Shown here one piece after another: positions 9,679-19,776 of a stretch of 42,177 nucleotides of DNA. A program made the position numbers and the translations under genes. Each line of letters starts with the position of its first letter. The first letter of the stretch is position 1. Source of the stretch: a virus; UHGV virus genome UHGV-0135963. One strand, 5' to 3'. The notes beneath the pieces are model-generated. The model was not told the DNA's origin, searched no databases, and saw nothing but the letters and a program-made list of their open reading frames with translations.

Positions 9679-10149
9679 CTAATAAAACACCCAATTTTCT
9701 GTTTCTTGGTTGTGTCCAAAGTTATATTCAATATCTGGTATTGATGTATCAATATTCTTCATCCCATCAACAAGAGTTGATACAACAGCCAAATCTTGTT
9801 TGATTCTCATCAAATGGTACTTCTTCCGGCGCAATAAACTTTCAATGGCAAGTTTCTTCGTCGGGAATGCAAAAGATCTTTCGGCATTTTTTGCTACTTT
9901 CTTAATTGCATATCTATTTCTCCTTTGTTTCCATTCCTGTAACCACTGATTTGGTGCTGGTTTAAAATTAACAATCCAATGCGCAGGAACCAACCATGCA
10001 TAATGATCTGTCTGATGAAAAGCTATATATTGAAGTGCGAATATTTTTATTCCATCTTCTTCAACTGTCGCTTGGAATCTCCAGAAAACAGGCATTCCAT
10101 CATGTTCAGTTTCTGATTCAGGAAAAGGTACGCTCCATGATTTTGTCAT
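9679..10149 (-). CDS. Hypothetical protein (156 aa), AT-rich accessory gene
   Basis: ORF with no recognisable motif; Trp-rich. AT-rich relative to the flanking lambda-like genes. Confidence 0.5.
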   Translation of the reverse strand: MTKSWSVPFPESETEHDGMPVFWRFQATVEEDGIKIFALQYIAFHQTDHYAWLVPAHWIVNFKPAPNQWLQEWKQRRNRYAIKKVAKNAERSFAFPTKKLAIESLLRRKKYHLMRIKQDLAVVSTLVDGMKNIDTSIPDIEYNFGHNQETENWVFY

Positions 10150-10214
10150 ATCTCACCTCAAATAATTCAGTGCTGTGTTTATTCTGTTGTTTATGCCAAA
10201 AATAAAGGCCACCG

Positions 10215-10415
10215 TCAGGCAGCCTTGTTATTCTGTTTACCAAGTTCTCTGGCAATCATTTCCGTCGTTCGAATTGCCCATTTATCGACATATTTCCCAT
10301 CTTCCATCACAGGAAACATTTCTTCAGGCTTAACCATGCATTCCGATTGCAGCTTGCATCCATTGCATCGTTTGAATTGTCCACACCATTGATTTTTATC
10401 AATAGTCGTAGTCAT
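10215..10415 (-). CDS. ral: Ral-like restriction-alleviation protein (66 aa, four Cys)
   Basis: MTTTIDKNQWCGQFKRCNGCKLQSECMVKPEE... Size (66 aa), position immediately downstream of N and Cys pattern match lambda Ral as recalled. Confidence 0.55.
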   Translation of the reverse strand: MTTTIDKNQWCGQFKRCNGCKLQSECMVKPEEMFPVMEDGKYVDKWAIRTTEMIARELGKQNNKAA

Positions 10416-10539
10416 ACGGATAGTCCTGGTATTGTTCCATCACATCCTGAGGATGCTCTTCGAACTCTTCAAATTCTTCTTCCATATATCACCTCAAATA
10501 AGTGGTTTTCCGCGAAAATAAATACGTTTAAGTTACCTG

Positions 10540-10677
10540 TTATTTATCCCACCAGGTTCCGTATCTATCTATCCAGTTACACCAATCATCGACACTCCAT
10601 TTTGTTGTGTCGCATTTTGGCAATTGGCATGAATATCTGCCTTCTTTGTAAAGTCGGCGTTTGATTTTCTTGAGCAT
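10540..10677 (-). CDS. Small Cys-containing ORF (45 aa) coupled to N
   Basis: Hand-translated MLKKIKRRLYKEGRYSCQLPKCDTTKWSVDDWCNWIDRYGTWWDK. Strong SD (GAGGTGG) 5 nt before the ATG, directly after the N stop. Confidence 0.35.
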   Translation of the reverse strand: MLKKIKRRLYKEGRYSCQLPKCDTTKWSVDDWCNWIDRYGTWWDK

Positions 10678-10684
10678 GACCACC

Positions 10685-11017
10685 TCAATCGTAATAAGCT
10701 GGAATTGATTTTCCGCGTTGCTTCTGGCGGCCTGAGCAAGTCACACCCATTTCACTGCGTGGCTTGCTGTACCATGTGCGCTGATTCTTGCGCTCAATAC
10801 GTTGCAGGTTGCTTTCAATCTGTTCGTGGTATTCAGCCAGCACTGTAAGGTCTATCGGATTCAGTGCGCTTTCTACTCGTGATTTCGGTTTGCGATTCAG
10901 CGAGAGAATAGGGCGGTTAACTGGTTTTGCGCTTACCCCAACCAACAGGGGATTTGCTGCTTTCCATTGAGCCTGTTTCTCTGCGCGACGTTCGCGGCGG
11001 CGTGTTTGTGCATCCAT
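10685..11017 (-). CDS. N: Antitermination protein N
   Basis: MDAQTRRRERRAEKQAQWKAANPLLVGVSAKPVNRPILSLNRKPKSRVESALNPIDLTVLAEYH... matches lambda N including the arginine-rich boxB-binding motif. The ORF track extends 30 codons upstream (to 11107); I place the start at MDAQ. Confidence 0.85.
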   Translation of the reverse strand: MDAQTRRRERRAEKQAQWKAANPLLVGVSAKPVNRPILSLNRKPKSRVESALNPIDLTVLAEYHEQIESNLQRIERKNQRTWYSKPRSEMGVTCSGRQKQRGKSIPAYYD

Positions 11018-11127
11018 CTGGATTCTCCTGTCAGTTAGCTTTGAGTAACGCGCCGTGATGCTTATCTCCACGGTTGCTGTCTTGCAGCTGCATTTCGCGC
11101 TATTCAAAGCTTTCTGCTTTGAATGCT

Positions 11128-11158
11128 GCCCTTCTTCAGGGCTTAATTTTTAAGAGCG
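11128..11158 (-). promoter_or_regulatory. nutL (boxA CGCTCTTA, boxB GCCCTGAAGAAGGGC)
   Basis: Reverse complement of 11128..11158 reads CGCTCTTAAAAATTAAGCCCTGAAGAAGGGC, the lambda nutL boxA and boxB hairpin. Confidence 0.85.
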
Positions 11159-11202
11159 TCACCTTCATGGTGGTTAGTGCGTCCTGCTGATGGCTTAAAA
11201 TT

Positions 11203-11270
11203 ACAAGAAAGATTGTATGTTGTAAACAAGAAATATTGTAAATGGAGGTGCAAAAAACAAACTCCATTGT
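11203..11270. promoter_or_regulatory. OL/PL region with three 434-type 14-bp operators
   Basis: ACAAGAAAGATTGT (11203..11216), ACAAGAAATATTGT (11226..11239), ACAAACTCCATTGT (11257..11270). The ACAA-6N-TTGT pattern is typical of phage 434 operators. Confidence 0.7.
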
Positions 11271-11320
11271 TTTTAAACGGAAAATAGTTTGTTTTTGGGT
11301 TACTGAGATTGAGGTGGGGA

Positions 11321-12673
<1,353 letters not shown>

Positions 12674-12681
12674 GACATTCC

Positions 12682-12713
12682 CGCTCTTACACATCCCAGC
12701 CCTGAAAAAGGGC
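12682..12713 (+). promoter_or_regulatory. nutR (boxA CGCTCTTA, boxB GCCCTGAAAAAGGGC)
   Basis: CGCTCTTACACATCCCAGCCCTGAAAAAGGGC downstream of cro, near-identical to lambda nutR. Confidence 0.85.
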
Positions 12714-12789
12714 ATTACCAGAAACAAATCTCTATGGTTTTGCGTTTCTTTGCGAAGCCAACTCTATCTAATCATTAAGGAAATTATCT

Positions 12790-13071
12790 ATGGGTACTAT
12801 TGCAACTAAAAGCAAGAAAGCGGCTCGCATCGAGTCAGCCTTGCTGAACAAACTGGCACTGATGGGGCAGAAGACATTCGCTCGAGCAATGGGGGTTCCT
12901 GAATATCAGGTAAGCCGATGGAAGAATGGTTTCTTCTCGCAGGTAAGCATGATGCTGGCTGTTCTGGAATACGGAATCGAAGACGATGAAATGGCTGAGC
13001 TGACTAAGCGGCTTGCCAATTACCTGACAAAAGAAAAAGCCCCGAAGAACGGCGAATTCTTCGAGGCCTGA
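12790..13071 (+). CDS. cII: CII transcriptional activator
   Basis: 93 aa. [18 protein letters not shown]...SRWK...[25 protein letters not shown] parallels lambda CII. AAGGA RBS upstream. Confidence 0.8.
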   Translation: MGTIATKSKKAARIESALLNKLALMGQKTFARAMGVPEYQVSRWKNGFFSQVSMMLAVLEYGIEDDEMAELTKRLANYLTKEKAPKNGEFFEA

Positions 13072-13105
13072 TGTAGAAAGACTGGATCAATCCACAGGAG
13101 TCATT

Positions 13106-13252
13106 ATGACAAAACAACTCAGTCCTTACCAGGACAAAATTCACAAACACATACTACGTGATCGCTTCCTGTCCAGCTTCAAGCAGCCTGGTCGATTCCG
13201 GGCTGAGTTGGAAAAAGTGAAGCTGATGCAGAAGGAGAAAGGTCATGAGTAA
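13106..13252 (+). CDS. Small ORF (48 aa) between cII and the O-like gene
   Basis: Hand-translated [48 protein letters not shown]. Strong SD CAGGAG 6 nt upstream. Stop overlaps the next gene's start. Confidence 0.4.
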   Translation: MTKQLSPYQDKIHKHILRDRFLSSFKQPGRFRAELEKVKLMQKEKGHE

Positions 13253-14105
13253 TCTTGCAACCGTAACACATTTAAGGCCTTCACAACGGCCTGTGGAGCG
13301 TCGTGTGGCAGAAGTTGAAGATGGTTATACCCGTCTTGCAAATGCCCTGTATGAAGAGCTTATCGGCGCAGATTTAACGAAAAATCAGAGCAAGGTTGCC
13401 CACGCCATATGCCGTAAAACATACGGCTACGGTAAAAAGATGGATCGCATCTCTGATAGTCAGTTAGCTCAAATTACCAGGCTGCCAAGACAGAAGGTAA
13501 ACAAGGCCAAGAATGAGCTTATCGCGATGAAGGTAATCCTTCGCGAAGGCCAGCAAATCGGGCCTAACAAGAACATCGAGGAATGGCAAATCGAAGGGTG
13601 TCACTACTCTGGTGATAATGTCACTGCATTGGTGACAAAAAGTGTCACCAAAACGGTGACAGCCCTGTCACCAAAACAGGGACACACAAAAGAAACTATT
13701 ACAAAAGAAAAAAGAAATAATAAAAACACTATGTCCGAAAGTGTTCGGACGGAGTGTGAAAAATCATCTGACCGTCACGAAGAAACCGACAAGGCATTCG
13801 AGGAAATATTCTGGTGTGCAGGCATGCGGAAAGCCGGGAAGAAAAACGCAGCTTCGGCATTCAGAACACAGTTCAGGGAATGGCGTAAAACTACCAGGGG
13901 TACGGCAAGCGAGTTTGCCACGATGCTGGCAGAAGACATCGCATGCAGGAATGGTAAGCAGTTCGGATTCGACAGGTTGTTACCATCGAGCTACCTGAAC
14001 GGTCAACGCTGGAACGACGAGAAGCCAGAAACTATTCAACCACAATCCAAACCATCATCCGCAATCACCGTATCGAAAACTGGCTACGTGTTTTTCGACA
14101 GGTGA
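13245..14105 (+). CDS. O: Replication initiator, lambda O-like N-terminal domain
   Basis: N-terminal region ([57 protein letters not shown]) parallels lambda O. Iteron cluster lies inside the gene. C-terminal domain differs from lambda O. Confidence 0.8.
   Translation: MSNLATVTHLRPSQRPVERRVAEVEDGYTRLANALYEELIGADLTKNQSKVAHAICRKTYGYGKKMDRISDSQLAQITRLPRQKVNKAKNELIAMKVILREGQQIGPNKNIEEWQIEGCHYSGDNVTALVTKSVTKTVTALSPKQGHTKETITKEKRNNKNTMSESVRTECEKSSDRHEETDKAFEEIFWCAGMRKAGKKNAASAFRTQFREWRKTTRGTASEFATMLAEDIACRNGKQFGFDRLLPSSYLNGQRWNDEKPETIQPQSKPSSAITVSKTGYVFFDR
13600..13735. repeat. Replication origin: iterons plus AT-rich tract inside the O-like gene
   Basis: ggtgacaaaaagtgtcaccaaaacggtgacagccctgtcaccaaaacaggg (inverted GGTGAC/GTCACC repeats) followed by acaaaagaaactattacaaaagaaaaaagaaataataaaaac. 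Same layout as lambda ori. Confidence 0.65.
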
Positions 14106-14212
14106 ACCATGAAATCAAAAATCAAATCGCTACTGGTCGCTGGTTATAACCACGGCTGGTTAAGTATTTCTTTTGTCGATTTCTGGTTTAAAAATCTCAA
14201 TCTGAGGGAATC

Positions 14213-16093
14213 ATGACGCCAAGTGAACTTAGCGACCTGCTTTGGGCGCAGGTTGACAGGGTGGCTCCGCACCTGTTGCCAAACGGCAAGAAAGAGGGGC
14301 ATGAGTGGGTTGCCGGTAACGTCAACGGCGACAAGGGAAACAGCCTTAAGGTCAACCTTAGCGGCAAGAAAAAATGGGCTGATTTCGCTGAGGGAGACGG
14401 CGGTGACATGCTTGATTTGTGGATGGCATGTCGTGGAATTAACCTGCATCAGGCTATGCAGGAAGCGAAAGCATTTCTCGGTATCAAGGATGACGATCAC
14501 CATTTCGATGCCAAACGTGAGAAGAAATTCTCCAGACCTGATCGCAAGAAAATAGCCCGCTACGTTACCAGAACAGAATCCCATCTTGAGTACCTGCAAT
14601 CGCGTGGCATATCGCCAGAAGTCGTAAAGCGCTACGAGGTTGTCAGCGGCAAGGTGTGGAATGGAGAACGAGAACTTGATGCACTGGTGCTCCCGTACAA
14701 ACGCGATGGTGAGTTGTTGCAGGTCAAGCGAATCAGCACTGAGCGCCCGGACGGGAAGAAAGTCATTATGGCAGAAGGTGATTGTGAACCTTGTCTGTTC
14801 GGATGGCAGGCTCTGGACGCTGGCGTGAGGGCGGTTGTGCTTTGCGAAGGCGAAATTGATTGTATGAGCTATGCGCAATACGGCATCTCGGCGTTATCCG
14901 TGCCGTTTGGTGGAGGAAAAGGCGCTAAGCAACAGTGGATTGAGTTTGAGTATCACAACCTCGACAGGTTTGAGGAAATATTCATCTCGATGGACGTTGA
15001 TGATGTTGGTCGTGAAGCCGCAAGGGAAATCGCAAGCCGACTCGGTGAACATCGTTGCCGTCTTGTTACTCTGCCGTACAAAGACATCAACGAATGCCTG
15101 ATGAACGGTGTTACCGAGGATGAAATCTGGCAGTACATCGGCACGGCATCCTACTTCGATCCTGAAGAACTCTACAGCGCGCGAGAGTTTTACCAGGACA
15201 CTATCAACGCTTTCTACGGCAAGCAGCAGTATCTGTTTAATCCACCGTGGGAATCTCTGGCAGATAAATTCCAGTTCCGTGAGGCCGAGTTGACGCTGGT
15301 CAATGGTGTGAACGGTCACGGAAAAACGGAGGTTGTCGGGCATATGGCTCTTGAGGCAATGCGTCAGGGTGTGAAGACGTGCATCGCGTCACTTGAGCTG
15401 AAGCCTGGTATTCTCCTTAAGCGCCTTACCCGTCAGGCGACGTGCTGCAAGATGCCGCCAGTGCTGGAAATTGACTCTGCATTTAAATTTTATGACGAAA
15501 GACTTTGGGTGTTTGGTCTGACCGGAACGGCGAAATCCGACAGGCTGATCGAAATATTCGACTACGCTCGCCGCCGATACGGGATCCAGTTATTCATCAT
15601 CGACAGCCTGATGAAATGTGGCATAGGCGACGATGACTATAACGGGCAGAAGGCGTTTGTTGACTCGATTTGCGACTTCAAAAACAAAACAAACTCCCAC
15701 GTCATTCTCGTTACTCACTCGCGAAAAGGAGACAGCGAAGAAAAACCAACCGGGAAAATGGACGTAAAAGGCTCTGGAGCGATAACAGACCTGACAGACA
15801 ACCTTTTCATCATCTGGCGTAACAAGGCTCGCGAGAGAGCGTTACAGAGAGTTCAGAGTGGTGAAAAGATGTCAGAGAAGGACGAACAGCTACTGGCATC
15901 TCCGGCATCTATTTTGATGCTTGAAAAACAACGTAACGGCGAAGGTTGGGAAGGTGGTGTCCCGTTGTTCCTTGACGAGCAATCGCACCAGTTCCTGCAA
16001 CTTGAATCAGGATCGCCATATAGCTACATCGCCAATATGCCGAAATCGGAATATGACGAGGCGTGGCGACAGGAAAACGTGACGGAGTATTAA
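14213..16093 (+). CDS. Primase-helicase fusion (N-terminal Toprim primase, C-terminal DnaB/RecA-like helicase)
   Basis: 626 aa. Toprim acidic motifs (VVLCEGEIDCMSY...FISMDVDDVGREAA), Walker A (GVNGHGKTEV), Walker B (LFIIDSL). Takes the place of lambda P. Confidence 0.85.
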   Translation: MTPSELSDLLWAQVDRVAPHLLPNGKKEGHEWVAGNVNGDKGNSLKVNLSGKKKWADFAEGDGGDMLDLWMACRGINLHQAMQEAKAFLGIKDDDHHFDAKREKKFSRPDRKKIARYVTRTESHLEYLQSRGISPEVVKRYEVVSGKVWNGERELDALVLPYKRDGELLQVKRISTERPDGKKVIMAEGDCEPCLFGWQALDAGVRAVVLCEGEIDCMSYAQYGISALSVPFGGGKGAKQQWIEFEYHNLDRFEEIFISMDVDDVGREAAREIASRLGEHRCRLVTLPYKDINECLMNGVTEDEIWQYIGTASYFDPEELYSAREFYQDTINAFYGKQQYLFNPPWESLADKFQFREAELTLVNGVNGHGKTEVVGHMALEAMRQGVKTCIASLELKPGILLKRLTRQATCCKMPPVLEIDSAFKFYDERLWVFGLTGTAKSDRLIEIFDYARRRYGIQLFIIDSLMKCGIGDDDYNGQKAFVDSICDFKNKTNSHVILVTHSRKGDSEEKPTGKMDVKGSGAITDLTDNLFIIWRNKARERALQRVQSGEKMSEKDEQLLASPASILMLEKQRNGEGWEGGVPLFLDEQSHQFLQLESGSPYSYIANMPKSEYDEAWRQENVTEY

Positions 16094-16122
16094 ATGACCA
16101 TCTACATCACTGAGCTTGTAAC

Positions 16123-16155
16123 AGGCCTGCTGGTAATCGCAGGCCTTTTTATTTG
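16123..16155 (+). terminator. Intrinsic terminator after the replication genes
   Basis: aggcctgc tggtaatc gcaggcct followed by ttttatttg: 8-bp GC stem, 8-nt loop, U-run. Confidence 0.65.
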
Positions 16156-16169
16156 GGGGAGAGTAAATC

Positions 16170-16376
16170 GTGGTTGAGTTTATGCTCGTCGCATTCAAAT
16201 GCGTTGGCGTTGGATGGATTCTTCTGACGTTTTTTATTGTTCTGCATAGCTACATTCGTCTTGTGAATGACGGTAAAGACCCATGGTATACGTTGTTTGG
16301 CGCTGCATTTGTCTGGGTGATTATCGGTGTTATGCCTGTCGCTGTAGCAAAAATGGCGTGGCGTTTTTTGAGTTGA
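16170..16376 (+). CDS. Small hydrophobic membrane protein (68 aa)
   Basis: Two predicted TM segments (GWILLTFFIVL, FVWVIIGVMPVAV). GGGGGAGAG RBS. Start codon uncertain (GTG or internal ATG). Confidence 0.4.
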   Translation: MVEFMLVAFKCVGVGWILLTFFIVLHSYIRLVNDGKDPWYTLFGAAFVWVIIGVMPVAVAKMAWRFLS

Positions 16377-16393
16377 ACTGAGGGTAAGTACCG

Positions 16394-16714
16394 ATGGACG
16401 AATCAAGAAGGCAGTTTGAAGAAAGTTGGTTGCGACGTGGAGGCGAATCCTCAGACCTTATCCGTTACCCTGAAAATCACCATGAAATTGGCAGTGGTAA
16501 TATTGGTGGTCAATACGTGATGGACGATGTTCAAGGCCACTGGCAAACGTGGCAGGCATCGCGATCAGCTATTGAAATAACCGCGCCAAAGTTTATCGAC
16601 AGCAGAGAAGCATTAGCCAAAGGGTTTACTGTTGATTATTCCAATGGCTTCGGTGATGCAATGGATGCTTATGAGGAAAACATCCGCGCTGCTGGAATCA
16701 AAGTGAAGGAGTGA
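16394..16714 (+). CDS. Hypothetical protein (106 aa)
   Basis: ORF in early-right orientation with coupled stop/start to the next ORF. Confidence 0.5.
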   Translation: MDESRRQFEESWLRRGGESSDLIRYPENHHEIGSGNIGGQYVMDDVQGHWQTWQASRSAIEITAPKFIDSREALAKGFTVDYSNGFGDAMDAYEENIRAAGIKVKE

Positions 16715-16902
16715 GCATGAATCGACGAAGTAGCTTTTTGGGGTTTGTAATATTCCTGTCCTGCACTGGTTACATCGTAATCTGGTCAATTTCGAACATT
16801 GACCGTGGCGGGGAATATCTCATTGTAATGTTCTTTCCTTTGTTTCTTGGGTGGTACGCCGCAAGGTTGCTGGAAGAATGGGGTTACAGGCATAAAAAAT
16901 AA
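16711..16902 (+). CDS. Small membrane protein (63 aa)
   Basis: Two hydrophobic helices (FLGFVIFLSCTGYIVIW, LIVMFFPLFLGWYAA). Confidence 0.4.
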   Translation: MSMNRRSSFLGFVIFLSCTGYIVIWSISNIDRGGEYLIVMFFPLFLGWYAARLLEEWGYRHKK

Positions 16903-16913
16903 AGGAGTGTTCA

Positions 16914-17324
16914 GTGAAGCAAACAATATTCCTCCGAACTAAGCAACAACAGCAAGCCGCAATCAACGCCATCCTCGCAACTCCTCTCGATAAAGACAAG
17001 CCAGTCACCATCCGCATTACTGACTACAAGCGCAACCTTGACCAGAACGCAAAATTTCACGCGATGCTGGCGGATATCGCTTGTCAGGTTCAATGGTGCG
17101 GCAAATGGTTAAAACCAGAGCAATGGAAGGTTTTGTTGATAAGCGGTCATGCAGTGGCAACAAAGCAGGAAGCTGATGTTTTGCCCGGGCTTGAAGGCGA
17201 ATACGTCAACATTCGCGAAAGCAGCGCGCAGATGAGTGTGAAGCGTATGGCAAGTCTGATTGAGTACACGACAGCATGGGCTATTGGTCAGGGTGTCAGA
17301 TTTACCGACAGGAGGTACGAATGA
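16914..17324 (+). CDS. ninB: NinB (Orf-family recombination mediator)
   Basis: 136 aa. [31 protein letters not shown] parallels lambda NinB (SLDQNRKLWACLGDVSRQVEWHGRWLDAESWK). GTG start with AAGGAG RBS. Confidence 0.8.
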   Translation: MKQTIFLRTKQQQQAAINAILATPLDKDKPVTIRITDYKRNLDQNAKFHAMLADIACQVQWCGKWLKPEQWKVLLISGHAVATKQEADVLPGLEGEYVNIRESSAQMSVKRMASLIEYTTAWAIGQGVRFTDRRYE

Positions 17325-17503
17325 GACGACAGCGACGAAGTATCACCGACATCATCTGCGAAAACTGCAAATACCTTCCAACGAAACGCTCCAGAAATAA
17401 ACGCAAGCCAATCCCAAAAGAATCTGATGTAAAAACCTTCAACTACACGGCTCACCTGTGGGATATCCGGTGGCTTAGAGAACGTGCGAGGAAAACAAGG
17501 TGA
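17321..17503 (+). CDS. ninE: NinE
   Basis: [60 protein letters not shown] matches lambda NinE as recalled. The ORF track extends upstream to 17276. Confidence 0.75.
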   Translation: MRRQRRSITDIICENCKYLPTKRSRNKRKPIPKESDVKTFNYTAHLWDIRWLRERARKTR

Positions 17504-17673
17504 TTGACCAAAATCGAAGTTACGAACAAGAAAGCGTCGAGCGAGCTTTAACGTGTGCTAACTGCGGTCAGAAGCTGCATGTGCTGGAAGTTCACGTGTG
17601 TGAGCACTGCTGTGCAGAACTGATGAGCGATCCGAATAGCTCAATGTACGAGGAAGAAGACGATGGTGATTAG
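17500..17673 (+). CDS. ninF: NinF
   Basis: Hand-translated from GTG: [56 protein letters not shown]. Matches lambda NinF as recalled. Confidence 0.7.
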   Translation: MIDQNRSYEQESVERALTCANCGQKLHVLEVHVCEHCCAELMSDPNSSMYEEEDDGD

Positions 17674-18055
17674 CCGATACGGACAAATAACGTTTAAACA
17701 TTTTCAAGACAATCCAACATGGGCTGCTGCGGCTGGATATGACTTTAATTATTTTGATTGTCTGTCAGTCGCATGTATAGCAACTACCAATGTTGCTAAC
17801 AACATAATCGATGAATTCTTGGATTTTCCAGACTATCAGGTCAGAGAGTTGCCTGCATTTTTTGTGAAAGTATCTGTTGCTACAGCTCTGTTATTTATTT
17901 TGTTATTCGCATATCCATTGCTTGCCGTATTTGTTTATGTGAGATGCAAGCACTCACAAAATGAATACAGCGGAGAGCATACCGATATTACCAGCCAAAA
18001 TATGCGAGTGTGGTTGAGGAGATGCCAAGAGAAATGGGGGAGAAGTCATGGCTAA
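17663..18055 (+). CDS. Hypothetical protein with C-terminal TM helix (130 aa), AT-rich nin-region accessory gene
   Basis: Hydrophobic segment VKVSVATALLFILLFAYPLLAVFVYV. AT-rich codon usage. Sits where lambda has ninG. Confidence 0.5.
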   Translation: MVISRYGQITFKHFQDNPTWAAAAGYDFNYFDCLSVACIATTNVANNIIDEFLDFPDYQVRELPAFFVKVSVATALLFILLFAYPLLAVFVYVRCKHSQNEYSGEHTDITSQNMRVWLRRCQEKWGRSHG

Positions 18056-18338
18056 CCTACGCAAAGAAGCGCGCGGAAGAGAATGCCAGGTACGTATTTA
18101 CGGCATATGCAATGGAAATCCTGAAACTACAGTTCTGGCACATTACCGGATGGCTGGAATTTGCGGAACAGGAATGAAACCTGACGACATGATCGGCGCA
18201 TGGGCTTGTAGCGCGTGTCACGATGAAATCGACCGACGCACCCATAATCTCGACAACAAAGACGCCAGACTTTACCACCTCGAAGGCGTGATCAGGACGC
18301 AGTCGATACTGCTGAAGGAGGGGAAGATTAAGCCATGA
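18048..18338 (+). CDS. Cys-rich nin-region protein (DUF1364-like, putative zinc-binding)
   Basis: 96 aa with CQVRIYGICNG...CSACHDEIDRR cysteine pairs. Commonly found just upstream of rusA in lambdoid prophages. Confidence 0.6.
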   Translation: MANLRKEARGRECQVRIYGICNGNPETTVLAHYRMAGICGTGMKPDDMIGAWACSACHDEIDRRTHNLDNKDARLYHLEGVIRTQSILLKEGKIKP

Positions 18339-18697
18339 ACGAATATCAGTTTGTGCTTCCATATCCGCCGTCGCTGAACACCTACTGGCGAAGACGGGGA
18401 AGCCAATACTACATCAGCGATAAAGGCCAGAAATACCGAAAAGACGTTCAGCAAATCATCCGCCAACTCAAGTTAGACATTTTCACCAAATCACGACTCC
18501 GTATCAAAGTCATCGCAGACGTTCCAGACTCCCGCCGCCGCGACCTCGACAACATCCTGAAAGGTTTACTCGACTCCCTTATCCACGCCGGATTTGCGGA
18601 AGACGACGAGCAATTCGATGACATTCGCGTAATTCGTGGCGTGAAAGTACCAGGCGGAAGGCTTGGAATAAAAATCACCGAACTGGAGAACGTATGA
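18335..18697 (+). CDS. rusA: RusA Holliday-junction resolvase
   Basis: 120 aa. LPYPPSLNTYWRRRG...DSRRRDLDNILKGLLDSLIHAGF...RGVKVPGGRLGIKITELENV parallels E. coli RusA including the catalytic D-x-D-N region. Confidence 0.85.
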   Translation: MNEYQFVLPYPPSLNTYWRRRGSQYYISDKGQKYRKDVQQIIRQLKLDIFTKSRLRIKVIADVPDSRRRDLDNILKGLLDSLIHAGFAEDDEQFDDIRVIRGVKVPGGRLGIKITELENV

Positions 18698-18882
18698 ACG
18701 CCACAATTCAAACGATACCAGAGCTTCTTATCCAGACACGAGGCAATCAGACCGAAGTGGCGAGGATGCTTTCCTGCGCAAGAGGAACAGTGCTCAAGTA
18801 CAACCGAGACAGCAAAGGCGAGCGTCACGTAATAGTTAACGGCGTCCTGATGGTCACGCCAGGCAAAAAGGGAAGACGATGA
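18694..18882 (+). CDS. ninH: NinH
   Basis: IQTIPELLIQTRGNQTEVARMLSCARGTVLKYNRD parallels lambda NinH (KTIPDMLVEAYGNQTEVARRLKCSRGTVRKYVDD). Confidence 0.75.
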   Translation: MNATIQTIPELLIQTRGNQTEVARMLSCARGTVLKYNRDSKGERHVIVNGVLMVTPGKKGRR

Positions 18883-19502
18883 GACTCGAAAGCGTAGCTA
18901 AATTTCACTCGCCAAAAAGCCCGATGATGAGCGACTCACCACGGGCTACGGCTTCTGACTCTCTTTCCGGTACTGATGTGATGGCTGCTATGGGGATGGC
19001 GCAATCACAAGCCGGATTCGGAATGGCTGCATTCTGTGGTAAGCACGAACTCAGCCAGAACGACAAACAAAAGGCTATCAACTATCTGATGCAATTTGCA
19101 CACAAGGTATCGGGGAAATACCGTGGTGTGGCAAAGCTTGAAGGAAATACTAAGGCAAAGGTACTGCAAGTGCTCGCAACATTCGCTTATGCGGATTATT
19201 GCCGTAGTGCCGCGACGCCGGGCGCAAGATGCAGAGATTGTCACGGTACAGGCCGTGCGGTTGATATAGCCAAAACGGAGCAGTGGGGGAGAGTTGTTGA
19301 GAAAGAGTGCGGAAGATGCAAAGGCGTCGGCTATTCCAGGATGCCAGCAAGCGCCGCATATCGCGCTGTAACGATGCTAATCCCAAACCTTACTCAACCC
19401 ACCTGGTCACGCACTGTTAAGCCGCTGTATGACGCTCTGGTGGTGCAATGCCACAAAGAAGAGTCAATCGCAGACAACATTTTGAATGCGGTCACACGTT
19501 AG
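18879..19502 (+). CDS. Q: Late-gene antiterminator Q (lambda type)
   Basis: 207 aa, essentially identical to lambda Q as recalled (MRLESVAKFHSPKSPMMSDSPRATASDSLSGTDVMAAMGMAQSQAGF...). Confidence 0.92.
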   Translation: MRLESVAKFHSPKSPMMSDSPRATASDSLSGTDVMAAMGMAQSQAGFGMAAFCGKHELSQNDKQKAINYLMQFAHKVSGKYRGVAKLEGNTKAKVLQVLATFAYADYCRSAATPGARCRDCHGTGRAVDIAKTEQWGRVVEKECGRCKGVGYSRMPASAAYRAVTMLIPNLTQPTWSRTVKPLYDALVVQCHKEESIADNILNAVTR

Positions 19503-19544
19503 CGGCATGATTGCCACGGATGGCAACATATTAACGGCATGATA

Positions 19545-19573
19545 TTGACTTTTTGAATAAAGTTGGGTAAATT
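19545..19573 (+). promoter_or_regulatory. Late promoter PR' (-35 TTGACT, 17-bp spacer, -10 TAAATT) with overlapping qut
   Basis: ttgactttttgaataaagttgggtaaatt matches the lambda PR' layout. Confidence 0.75.
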
Positions 19574-19579
19574 TGACCC

Positions 19580-19776
19580 AACAATGGGTTAATTCGCTCG
19601 TTGTGGTAGTGAGATAAAAAGAGGCGGCGCTTACTACCGATTCCGCCTAGTTGGTCACTTCGACGTATCGTCTGGAACTCCAACCATCGCAGGCTGAGAG
19701 GTCTGTAAAATGCAATCCCGAAACAGTTCTCAGGTAATAGTTAGATCCTGCATAACGGTTTCGGGATTTTTTATTT
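19580..19776 (+). ncRNA. 6S-like leader RNA ending at terminator tR' (hairpin 19714..19768 plus U-run to 19776)
   Basis: Region co-linear with lambda PR'-tR'. Terminator aatcccgaaac...gtttcgggatttttt. Confidence 0.6.

Noticed and set aside
14144-14878. 244-aa minus-strand ORF
   Set aside because: Antisense to the 5' end of the primase-helicase gene, which has clear Toprim motifs; no independent support.
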